Source of the DNA: Campylobacterales bacterium
GTDB lineage: Bacteria; Campylobacterota; Campylobacteria; Campylobacterales; Sulfurimonadaceae
Length of the DNA: 12,434 nucleotides
Assembly: GCA_038205935.1 (NCBI GenBank)
Contig: JBBRBK010000055.1
Coordinates: forward strand, 1 to 12,434
Direction of reading: 5' to 3'
A program made the translations under genes and the position numbers. This document shows positions 1-7,886 of the stretch, in pieces. Numbering within the stretch: the stretch's first letter is position 1; every line of letters begins with the position of its first letter. The notes under the pieces were generated by a model. It ran no database searches, was not told the origin of the DNA, and saw nothing but the letters and a program-made list of their open reading frames with translations.

Positions 1-541
1 CGGCAGGTCCCATAAAGTCATCATTGATCTCAACAACCGGACAAGCATAGTGACAAGCACCACACTGGATACAAAGATCTGAGTCTAAAAGATTTTCAAC
101 TTCTTCTGGTGAAACTAAATGCTCAGATTCAGGGTTTTCGTCGATTTCACTTACTAGAAACGGCTGAACTTTTGCATGTTTTTCCCAGAAATCAGCTTTA
201 TCAATGATCATATCTTTGACGGCACGTTTGATGCTGAGAGGTTCTAAAACAATCTCATTACCAAAAAGCTCGATCATATCATTCATACTCTCTTTACATG
301 CAAGAGTAGAACGTCCGTTTACTTTGATAGCACAAGCCCCACATATTCCATGGCGGCAGCTACGACGGTATGAAAAACTTCCATCAAGTTCCCATTTGAT
401 TCTATTTAATATATCAAGTACAACCTCTTCAGAAGTAACTTCCATTTTGTATTCTTTATAATATGGAAGATAATCTTCATCAGCATTGAAACGAAATACT
501 TTAAAAGTTACATCTTGTGTAGTTATTTTATGAGTACCCAT
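1..541 (-). CDS. sdhB: Succinate dehydrogenase/fumarate reductase iron-sulfur subunit (SdhB/FrdB); 3' end lies outside the window
   Basis: Manual translation from ATG at 541 gives MGTHKITTQDVTFKVFRFNADEDYLPYY...SYRRSCRHGICGACAIKVNGRSTLACKE...DLCIQCGACHYACPVVEINDDFMGPA. This has the [2Fe-2S] motif (CRHGICGAC...C) and a [4Fe-4S] motif (CxxCxxCxxxCP). A GGAGA Shine-Dalgarno sits at 551-555, directly after the sdhA stop. The frame stays open to the window edge. Confidence 0.96.
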   Translation of the reverse strand, partial: MGTHKITTQDVTFKVFRFNADEDYLPYYKEYKMEVTSEEVVLDILNRIKWELDGSFSYRRSCRHGICGACAIKVNGRSTLACKESMNDMIELFGNEIVLEPLSIKRAVKDMIIDKADFWEKHAKVQPFLVSEIDENPESEHLVSPEEVENLLDSDLCIQCGACHYACPVVEINDDFMGPA

Positions 542-555
542 AGTCTGTAATCTCC

Positions 556-2268
556 TTAGTAAGTTCTTGCTTTTAACTCATGTTTACCAAGAGTTACCGG
601 CATATAATCAAGTGTTAAATCGCCGTTTTTATCCATATAGGCCATTGTGTGTTTCAAGAAATTTTCATCATCACGCTCTGTGAAGTCTTCTCTGTAGTGA
701 GCACCACGACTCTCTTTACGAGCTACTGCACATTCCACGATAAATGCAGAATAGTCAAGCATATGTCCAAGTTCGATCGCTTCTTGAAGCTCAGTATTGA
801 ACACTTTTGATTTATCTTGGATACGGATATTTTTAAATCTTTTATGAAGTTCTTTTACTTTTGCAACAGCTACGTCTAAAGATTCTTGTGTTCTAAATGC
901 ACCTGCATTATGAGTCATACACTCTTGTAGTTCTTCTCTTATGGATGGAACTGTTTCAGTGCCGTTGTTATTTAGCATCCATTCGATCTCTTTAAGGGCA
1001 GTTTGTGCATCTTCAGCAGTTGCTTTTCTTAAAGGAATAGTATCAATATCTTGAACCATTGTTTTACCAACAAAACGGCCAAATAAAAGTGCCTCAAGAA
1101 CAGAGTTTGCACCAAGACGGTTTGCACCGTGTACTGATACACATGAACACTCGCCAGCAGCGTAGAAACCTTCTACGAATTCAGTATTGTTTTTACGAAC
1201 ATGCCCTGGAATATCCACTGGAATACCACCCATAGAGTAGTGAGCAGTCGCAGAGATCAAAATTGGTTCTTTGATCATATCAAGACCAAGGAAAGTGATC
1301 GCTAGATCACGAAGTTCCGGTAATCTTTCCATAATTAGGTCTTTTCCTAAATGTGTTACATCAAGGTAAACAGCATCTTGTCTTGGACCAACACCACGAC
1401 CTTCGCGAATCTCATTCATGATCGCGCGGCTTACAACATCGCGAGAAGCTAGTTCAAGCGCATTTGGAGCGTATTTTTCCATAAATCTCTCGCCAAGAGA
1501 GTTAAACAAACGTCCACCCTCACCACGAGCTGCTTCAGAGATCAAAACACCGTTTCCTGAAAGTCCAGATGGGTGAAACTGAACAAACTCCATATCTTCG
1601 AGTGGAAGACCGTGACGTGCTACTATTGAAAGACCATCGCCTGTATTTGCATGCGCATTTGAGTTGATCTTAAATGAACGAGCGTAACCGCCAGTTGCAA
1701 AAAGAACAGATTTTGCATTGAAAATAGCCATTTGCATGTCACGGATATTGAATGCTACGATACCTGATACTTTTCCATCTTTATAGATAAGATCAGCCGC
1801 GTACCATTCATCCCAAAACTTTACACCAACGCGAAAAGCCTGCTCATACATTGTTTGAAGAAGAGTCAGACCCGTTCTGTCTTTTGCATAACATGCACGA
1901 GGAGAAGATTGCCCTCCAAAAGGACGCTGTGCAATCTTCCCATCATTCGTACGGCTAAAAGCTGCACCCATACGTTCAGCCCAGCGAATCGTCTCAGGTG
2001 CTTTTTGGCACATAAACTCGACTGCATCTTGGTCAGCTAAATAATCAGAACCTTTTACGGTATCAAACTCATGTAATTCTATACTATCTTTGTCGCTTAA
2101 AGCGGCATTGATCCCACCTTGTGCTGCACCGGAGTGAGAACGTAGAGGGTGTAATTTTGTAATAACAGCAACACTTTTACCTGCACTTTGTAGTTCACGA
2201 GCAGCTGCACATCCAGCGAGTCCAGCTCCAACGATAACTGCATCATAAGTATAAATAGGAATACTCAA
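556..2268 (-). CDS. sdhA: Succinate dehydrogenase/fumarate reductase flavoprotein subunit (SdhA/FrdA), 570 aa
   Basis: Rossmann motif VIVGAGLAG; covalent-FAD His motif [10 protein letters not shown]; conserved motifs [45 protein letters not shown] and ESRGAH. TTG start preceded by an AAGGAAGG Shine-Dalgarno. Direction of catalysis (SDH or FRD) cannot be determined from sequence. Confidence 0.96.
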   Translation of the reverse strand: MSIPIYTYDAVIVGAGLAGCAAARELQSAGKSVAVITKLHPLRSHSGAAQGGINAALSDKDSIELHEFDTVKGSDYLADQDAVEFMCQKAPETIRWAERMGAAFSRTNDGKIAQRPFGGQSSPRACYAKDRTGLTLLQTMYEQAFRVGVKFWDEWYAADLIYKDGKVSGIVAFNIRDMQMAIFNAKSVLFATGGYARSFKINSNAHANTGDGLSIVARHGLPLEDMEFVQFHPSGLSGNGVLISEAARGEGGRLFNSLGERFMEKYAPNALELASRDVVSRAIMNEIREGRGVGPRQDAVYLDVTHLGKDLIMERLPELRDLAITFLGLDMIKEPILISATAHYSMGGIPVDIPGHVRKNNTEFVEGFYAAGECSCVSVHGANRLGANSVLEALLFGRFVGKTMVQDIDTIPLRKATAEDAQTALKEIEWMLNNNGTETVPSIREELQECMTHNAGAFRTQESLDVAVAKVKELHKRFKNIRIQDKSKVFNTELQEAIELGHMLDYSAFIVECAVARKESRGAHYREDFTERDDENFLKHTMAYMDKNGDLTLDYMPVTLGKHELKARTY

Positions 2269-2301
2269 TTTGCCTTCCTTTTTAAGAGAATTAATGTTTT
2301 T

Positions 2302-2307
2302 ATTGTA
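2302..2307 (-). promoter_or_regulatory. Putative sigma70 -10 box (TACAAT) for sdhAB
   Basis: Minus strand reads ...cccgaTACAATaaaaac..., about 33 nt upstream of the TTG start. Campylobacterota promoters typically have a -10 box without a conserved -35. Confidence 0.5.
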
Positions 2308-2376
2308 TCGGGATATAACTTGTGTAAGGTTAAATGTGTGGATTATTTGCCGGAAGTTTTATGATGTTACTATTTG

Positions 2377-2402
2377 AACCACTTATAAATTTATAAGTGG
2401 TT
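2377..2402. repeat. Perfect 26-bp palindrome (terminator-like hairpin or operator)
   Basis: AACCACTTATAAATTTATAAGTGGTT equals its own reverse complement. It lies 14 nt past the GGDEF gene stop and upstream of the putative sdhA promoter. Confidence 0.85.
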
Positions 2403-2416
2403 AGTTTTGTAACAGA

Positions 2417-3616
2417 TTAAAATTTTTCTGCGTGATCACGTATCTGCACGATACGATTTTTACCATTTGTTTTTGCAGTTTGGAGTAACTCTTTTGCATA
2501 TGTGACACAGCCATCTAGACTTTTGTTATTTTGCTTAATTAAAAAACCACCGCTTAATGTAAATGGAATTTCTCCACCTTGCGGATTTTTAAATACTGTT
2601 TCCTCTATACTTTTTCGCATATCTTCGCAGTCAGTAAAAGCTTTGTCTTTAGTCTCTCTTGAAAGTATAACAGCAAATTGGTCATACTCGATGCGAGCTA
2701 TAACATCAGTCGGCTGTTCATACAAAGAGAGTATAAAAGATATTTTTTTAAGAACAGATTGTGTGTATTCTTTTGAAAGACCTTTTTCATACTCTTTGAA
2801 ATTATCTATCTCAAAAACACAAACGGCTGTGTAATTATTGTCTTTCAATCCTTTTTTCTCTGAGTAAGACTGGATCATCCCTTTATAATTTTTTATGCCC
2901 GTAACGGGATCTGTCATACTTGGGTTTTGACTTAAAGTCGGTTTTCTAACCATTCTCATTTTAATGGCATCTACTTCTTTTGTTACAATGGATTCAGATA
3001 ATCTTTCACTGCCTATGGAAAAAAGAGACTTAATATCATTATAGATAACTGTTAGTTTTTTAGAGTAAAACAATCCTCCCGCAAGCATTAGAAAAAGAGT
3101 TATATAGATAATCCATTGTGTAAAGGAGAATTTTTTATAGTCACCATCCAAATTGTTTGCAATCATCTCATTGAGCTGATTTAAGAGAGCAATTTTGGCA
3201 ATCGTGAGTTCACTAAGTCGTTGTGAGAGATTTTCATCTTTTTTTTGATAATAACTGTTGGCTTTGGATATATATGTATCTTCGAGCGAAGAGAGCTCTT
3301 CTATATAGTTCTTATTCTCATGGTTGAGCCCTAAAGCTTTACTTAAAAAGTCATCAGTAGTTGTGGATGTTAAAAAGAGAAGATTCGTTTTGAGTTGGGC
3401 ACCTAAACCTTGTGCATTAATGATGCTGTAATCAAGATCAGATCTTCCAAGTTTATAGATCTTATTTACAAGTGCTTTTTGTTCTTCAAGTTGTTTTGTT
3501 TTTTCATATGATGAATATTGGTTGAGTTCAATCAAAGAGATTAAAACTAAAAGAGCTGTCATAATGGCGAAAAAAAACTTTATATTTTTAAAAACATCAA
3601 GTATGGAAAATTTCAT
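2417..3616 (-). CDS. Membrane-bound GGDEF-domain protein with a degenerate active site (diguanylate cyclase-like), 399 aa
   Basis: Two hydrophobic segments (FFFAIMTALLVLISLI and WIIYITLFLMLAGGLFY) flank a periplasmic helical region. The C-terminal GGDEF fold motifs are DPVTGIKN, FEIDNFK, DVIARIEYDQFAVIL, FTLSGG and AKTNGKNRI. An AAGGT Shine-Dalgarno lies upstream of the ATG. Confidence 0.88.
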   Translation of the reverse strand: MKFSILDVFKNIKFFFAIMTALLVLISLIELNQYSSYEKTKQLEEQKALVNKIYKLGRSDLDYSIINAQGLGAQLKTNLLFLTSTTTDDFLSKALGLNHENKNYIEELSSLEDTYISKANSYYQKKDENLSQRLSELTIAKIALLNQLNEMIANNLDGDYKKFSFTQWIIYITLFLMLAGGLFYSKKLTVIYNDIKSLFSIGSERLSESIVTKEVDAIKMRMVRKPTLSQNPSMTDPVTGIKNYKGMIQSYSEKKGLKDNNYTAVCVFEIDNFKEYEKGLSKEYTQSVLKKISFILSLYEQPTDVIARIEYDQFAVILSRETKDKAFTDCEDMRKSIEETVFKNPQGGEIPFTLSGGFLIKQNNKSLDGCVTYAKELLQTAKTNGKNRIVQIRDHAEKF

Positions 3617-3664
3617 AATTTGTACCTTTTATATTGCATATAAATTTGAATAAATAAGTAAGCT

Positions 3665-3670
3665 ATTCTA
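3665..3670 (-). promoter_or_regulatory. Putative -10 box (TAGAAT) for the GGDEF gene
   Basis: Minus strand reads ...cattaTAGAATagctt..., about 48 nt upstream of the ATG. The region is very AT-rich, so a chance match is possible. Confidence 0.35.
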
Positions 3671-3769
3671 TAATGTTGCATTTTAACACAAAGTTAACTA
3701 ATAAAATAGTGTATATACTCTTAAATTGACTCGATATATAATGTAAGTGTAACATAATCATTAATTAAC

Positions 3770-3775
3770 TAGAAT
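3770..3775 (+). promoter_or_regulatory. Putative -10 box (TAGAAT) giving a leaderless thiL transcript
   Basis: TAGAAT-tcgctt-ATG: the -10 box ends 6 nt before the start codon, and no Shine-Dalgarno is present. Confidence 0.6.
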
Positions 3776-3781
3776 TCGCTT

Positions 3782-4606
3782 ATGAATAAAGAAGATTATT
3801 TTATATCCTGTTTTAGTAAAAAAACAAAATACATCGGTGATGATGGCGCCCTAATAGATGGCTATGTTTACTCAAAAGATGCTTTTTTTGAAAATGTCCA
3901 TTTCAAACGGGAGTGGATGAGTTTAAAAGATTTGGCATATAGAGCAATGATGGTCAACATCAGTGACGCTATCGCTATGAATGCAAAACCTCTTTACGCA
4001 CTTTTAGCCGTTGCAATACCTAAAAATATGAACAAATCTGATATGAAAGAACTCTCAGATGGCTTTATAAAAGCGGCGCAAAAATATGGCATCGATATCA
4101 TCGGCGGCGACACCATTGCAAATACAAAGCTCGATATCAGCGTGACAATTATCTCCAAAACAAAAAATCCACTGCTTCGTCGTGGGATGAAACAAAATCA
4201 TCTTTTAGCCTACACAGGCAAGCTTGGAAATTCCAAAAAAGAGCTTCAAAAACTGCTTCGCGGCGGGAGTTTACATAGTAAGTCAAAGTTTCGTAATATT
4301 GTTTTAAGAGAGAAGTTTATCTCTACATGTAAGCGATATTTGAGTGCGGGAATGGACATTTCAGATGGTATTTTTAGTGATTTGGATAAACTGTCATCCG
4401 TAAATGCTTTGGGATACCGTTTTTTTTACAAGATCCCCAAAAATATTGGATGTAGCGGTGAAGAATATGAGATGCTTGTATCTTTTGATGCAAGAGATAA
4501 AAAAGCTCTTTTAAGACGCGCGGCGCAGACAAGAACACCGCTTACTATTTTCGCATATGCAACGAGAACAGATTATAAAAATAGATGTAAATCACATCAT
4601 TTTTAA
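3782..4606 (+). CDS. thiL: Thiamine-monophosphate kinase, 274 aa
   Basis: PurM-like ThiL motifs IGDDGA, DAFFENVHF, NISDAIAMNA, IIGGDT, MDISDG and GEEYEML. Confidence 0.95.
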   Translation: MNKEDYFISCFSKKTKYIGDDGALIDGYVYSKDAFFENVHFKREWMSLKDLAYRAMMVNISDAIAMNAKPLYALLAVAIPKNMNKSDMKELSDGFIKAAQKYGIDIIGGDTIANTKLDISVTIISKTKNPLLRRGMKQNHLLAYTGKLGNSKKELQKLLRGGSLHSKSKFRNIVLREKFISTCKRYLSAGMDISDGIFSDLDKLSSVNALGYRFFYKIPKNIGCSGEEYEMLVSFDARDKKALLRRAAQTRTPLTIFAYATRTDYKNRCKSHHF

Positions 4607-4627
4607 AGATAAATTTAAAAGGTAACT

Positions 4628-5704
4628 ATGAACCGTTTTTACAGTATGAACCACTCTCCAATTGATTTTATTTTCAAACAAACTGCCCGAGATTTTGTGG
4701 TCGAAGAGATTCCTCTTTATGAATTTAGTGGCGATGGCGAACACTTGATCTTACATGTAAGAAAGAAAAACCTTACAACGTGGGAGATGATAGACAAGAT
4801 TTGTGTACATCTTGGCATTAAAGCCAAAGAGGTCGGCTACGCAGGTCTCAAAGATAAAAATGCGATGACTAAACAGTATATCTCTTTAGAAAAGAAGTAT
4901 GAAGAAAAGATGCAAAGTTTTGAGCATCCGGATATAAAAATCCTCTCAACTACTTATCATAATAATAAAATAAGAACGGGACACCTCAAAGGCAATAGAT
5001 TTTTTATCCGTCTTAAAAAAGTAAATCCTACAAATGCAAAAAAGCTCTCTTTGGCACTCAAACATATTAAAGATTTCGGTATGCCAAACTACTTTGGATA
5101 TCAGCGTTTTGGAAATGATGGAGATAACTATATCTTAGGCGAAAAAGTTGCGCGTGGAGAAGCTAAAGAACGTAATCCAAAAGTAAAAAAACTACTTATA
5201 AACTCTTACCAAAGTCATCTTTTTAACATTTGGCTGAGCCGTCGTTTGGAGATAAGTAAACTCGTTGAGAGTTTTTCTGCTGCAGAACTTGTAGAAACAC
5301 TCAATCTCCCTTTGCACACATTGACTGCTATGAAAGAGCAAACGCATCCTTTTAAGATAATCATGGGCGATGTGATCGAGCATTATCCTCACGGTCGTCT
5401 TTTTAACTATGAAGGTGATACAGAGGATATTAAACGTTTTGAAGAGCGTAATGTTTCTGTAACAGGACTTTTGTGTGGGAAAAAAGCTTGGCTTGCAAAA
5501 GATGATGCATGGACGCTTGAAAAAGATTATAACGAGACGATTGGAGCTGATGGCGCTCGTCGTTATGCTTGGATCTTTCCTGAAGAAGTGGAGGGTGAAT
5601 TTAAAGAGCAAGAAGCTTGGTTTGAACTTCACTTTTCTCTTCCAAAAGGCTCTTATGCGACAGTTTTAATTGAAGAATTGGCAAAAAGAGAGATTCGTTC
5701 ATGA
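4628..5704 (+). CDS. truD: tRNA pseudouridine(13) synthase TruD, 358 aa
   Basis: Motifs DFVVEEI, GEHL, YAGLKDKNAMTKQ (catalytic Asp), GHLKGNRFFI, PNYFGYQRFG, SYQSHLFN and FSLPKGSYAT. AAGGT Shine-Dalgarno. Confidence 0.96.
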   Translation: MNRFYSMNHSPIDFIFKQTARDFVVEEIPLYEFSGDGEHLILHVRKKNLTTWEMIDKICVHLGIKAKEVGYAGLKDKNAMTKQYISLEKKYEEKMQSFEHPDIKILSTTYHNNKIRTGHLKGNRFFIRLKKVNPTNAKKLSLALKHIKDFGMPNYFGYQRFGNDGDNYILGEKVARGEAKERNPKVKKLLINSYQSHLFNIWLSRRLEISKLVESFSAAELVETLNLPLHTLTAMKEQTHPFKIIMGDVIEHYPHGRLFNYEGDTEDIKRFEERNVSVTGLLCGKKAWLAKDDAWTLEKDYNETIGADGARRYAWIFPEEVEGEFKEQEAWFELHFSLPKGSYATVLIEELAKREIRS

Positions 5705-6519
5705 GTAAACACATCACAAGTTTGATATCACAAAATTTTGGAAAGTTTGCATCCGCTGAGTTTTCGCCTTGGTTTCAAAAAATCGTAAATCAAAGTTATG
5801 TTTCTTTGATGGGTTTAGATATGAGTGAGTTCCACGCACCTTCATCTTACAAAAGTCTAAACAAACTTTTTACTCGAAGTTTACGCGAGCCAAGACCTTT
5901 TAGCCTAGATGGAAGTGACTTAATCTCTCCGTGTGATTCTCTTGTCTCTGAGTGCGGTGATTTGGATGAAAGCTACGCGCTTCAGATCAAAGGGATGGAG
6001 TATTCAACAGATGAGCTTTTAGGCGAAAACTTCACAAAAGAGGAGAAAGAGAGAGTTCATAATGGACAGTTTATCAACTTTTATCTTTCCCCAAAAGATT
6101 ACCACCGTTACCATATTCCTATGAATCTTAAAGTCTTAAAAGCTGTGCATATTCCGGGAAAACTTTATCCCGTAAATGTGCCGTCACTCAACAAACGTCT
6201 GAATCTTTTTATAGAGAATGAACGTGTAGTTATCAAATGTGAAACACTTGAGGGCAAAATCTTTTATATGGTTTTAGTTGGCGCTTTAAATGTTGGCGTG
6301 ATGCAGGTCTCTTTTGAACCACGCATCAAAACAAATGCCGATGCAGAAGTTCAAAGCGTGTATGAATATCAAGATTTGTATCTCAATAAAGGCGATGATT
6401 TTGGCTGTTTTGAGATGGGTTCGACCATCGTTATCGTGAGTGAAGAGCGAATGTTTGATCTACATGTAAAGAGTGGAGATAATGTTCTCTATGGTCAGAC
6501 TATAGCAAAACTCGGATAA
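5701..6519 (+). CDS. psd: Phosphatidylserine decarboxylase proenzyme, 272 aa
   Basis: Motifs SLNKLFTR, SPCD, YLSPKDYHRYH, NERV, VGALNVG and the autocleavage motif FEMGST near the C-terminus. An ATGA overlap with the truD stop suggests translational coupling. Confidence 0.95.
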   Translation: MSKHITSLISQNFGKFASAEFSPWFQKIVNQSYVSLMGLDMSEFHAPSSYKSLNKLFTRSLREPRPFSLDGSDLISPCDSLVSECGDLDESYALQIKGMEYSTDELLGENFTKEEKERVHNGQFINFYLSPKDYHRYHIPMNLKVLKAVHIPGKLYPVNVPSLNKRLNLFIENERVVIKCETLEGKIFYMVLVGALNVGVMQVSFEPRIKTNADAEVQSVYEYQDLYLNKGDDFGCFEMGSTIVIVSEERMFDLHVKSGDNVLYGQTIAKLG

Positions 6520-6525
6520 GCAACC

Positions 6526-7779
6526 ATGTATGAAGCTATCATTGCGGTTTCAAGCCTTTTTGTAGGGGCTTTCTCTATCTACTTTTTTGTTTTTAGAAGT
6601 GTAAAAAACAGATACGATAGTGAACTTTTTGAGCTCAAAGAGGCTTACGAAGCAGAACGTCACAATAGCAGTGAACTTAGCAGTAAAAATGCAGTTTTAC
6701 AAGAACGTTTAAGAAGTTCTGAGCAATATTCAAAAGAAAAACTTCAGCTTTTAGAAGAGAACAAAGAACAGATGAAGCTTGAGTTTAAAGAGCTTGCCGG
6801 CACAATTTTAGAATCAAACTCCCAGAAATTTTCCATTCAAAACAGTGAAAATCTTACAAAGATGATTACGCCCATCAAAGAGCAATTTGATGCTTTTAAA
6901 AAGCAGATTCACGATGTGTATATCAAAGAAACGCAAGAGCGTTCAATGCTTCAAAGCGAGATAAAAGCGATAAAAGAGATCAATCATCAGATGAGTAATG
7001 ATGCCAAAAACTTGACACGCGCACTCAAAGGAGAGAGCAAAAAACAAGGAATCTGGGGCGAGATGATCTTAGAAAGTGTCTTAGAAAACTCAGGACTTCG
7101 CGAGGGGCACGAGTATGAGAGAGAAGCGAGCTTTATCCACGAGGGCGACAGCAATCGTTACCGTCCCGATGTGATCGTGCATCTTCCTGATACAAGAGAA
7201 ATTATCATCGATGCAAAGACTTCTCTTAGGGCGTATGAGCAGTATATCAACGCAGATGAAGAGAATAGAGTAACATTTGCATCCTACCATGTAAGCTCTA
7301 TGAAAAAGCATGTGGATGAGCTGAGCGCGAAGGATTATACGAAATTAAAAGGCATCGAGACACTCGATTTTATCTTTATGTTTGTGCCCATTGAGAGCGC
7401 TTTGCTTATGGCCATGGAACAAGATCCGACGCTTTTTGACTACGCTTTTAAAAAGAGAGTTGTAATGGTTGGGCCAACAACTTTAATGGTCTCTTTACGT
7501 GCTGTAGAAAATACTTGGAAATATGAACATCAGCAAAAAAATGCCCAGGAGATAGCAAAACGGGCAGGGCTTTTATTTGACAAGTTTGTCGGATTTTTAG
7601 AGAGTGTTGAAAAGCTTGGAAAACAGATAGCGACAGTGCAAAAGAGTTATGATGAAACCTATAACAAGTTACATGTAGGCGCTGGAAGTATTACGACTCA
7701 GTTTCAAAAGTTAGAAAAACTTGGGGCTGCAACAAGTAAAAATATTCCTGAGCATATCGTAAGACAGATAGAAGAGTAG
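6526..7779 (+). CDS. rmuC: DNA recombination protein RmuC, 417 aa
   Basis: N-terminal TM helix followed by a coiled coil. RmuC motifs LKGESKKQGIWGEMILE, the PD-(D/E)xK-like RPDVIVHLP...IIDAK, DFIFMFVPIE and GPTTL. Confidence 0.95.
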   Translation: MYEAIIAVSSLFVGAFSIYFFVFRSVKNRYDSELFELKEAYEAERHNSSELSSKNAVLQERLRSSEQYSKEKLQLLEENKEQMKLEFKELAGTILESNSQKFSIQNSENLTKMITPIKEQFDAFKKQIHDVYIKETQERSMLQSEIKAIKEINHQMSNDAKNLTRALKGESKKQGIWGEMILESVLENSGLREGHEYEREASFIHEGDSNRYRPDVIVHLPDTREIIIDAKTSLRAYEQYINADEENRVTFASYHVSSMKKHVDELSAKDYTKLKGIETLDFIFMFVPIESALLMAMEQDPTLFDYAFKKRVVMVGPTTLMVSLRAVENTWKYEHQQKNAQEIAKRAGLLFDKFVGFLESVEKLGKQIATVQKSYDETYNKLHVGAGSITTQFQKLEKLGAATSKNIPEHIVRQIEE

Positions 7780-7806
7780 GTTCACAGAGAGATAGTTTTG
7801 TATAAG

Positions 7807-7846
7807 CAAATCCTCTGTAAGATAGTAAATCTTTGCAGAGAATTTG
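7807..7846. terminator. Imperfect hairpin between the convergent rmuC and glycine-zipper genes; probable bidirectional terminator
   Basis: CAAATCCTCTGTAAGAT-agtaa-ATCTTTGCAGAGAATTTG forms an inverted repeat with a few mismatches, followed by very AT-rich DNA. Confidence 0.6.
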
Positions 7847-7886
7847 AGAGTAAATTAATTTATAAATATTTTAAATTATCAATCTT

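Noticed and set aside
204..461. 85-aa plus-strand ORF
   Set aside because: Antisense shadow of the sdhB frame, which carries clear Fe-S motifs.
1855..2040. 61-aa plus-strand ORF
   Set aside because: Antisense within sdhA, with no supporting signals.
2502..2834. 110-aa plus-strand ORF
   Set aside because: Antisense within the GGDEF gene.
3239..3246. Homopolymer T run as a phase-variation site
   Set aside because: Runs of about 8 A/T are common in AT-rich DNA, the frame is intact, and no long poly-G/C tracts were seen.
3617..3781. TPP riboswitch upstream of thiL
   Set aside because: No TGAGA/CTGAT-type conserved core or GC-rich stems are present. The region is plain AT-rich promoter DNA.
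5192..5669. 146-aa minus-strand and 64-aa plus-strand ORFs
   Set aside because: Both lie inside truD in other frames and have no recognisable motifs.
7090..7311. 73-aa minus-strand ORF
   Set aside because: Antisense within the rmuC nuclease domain.
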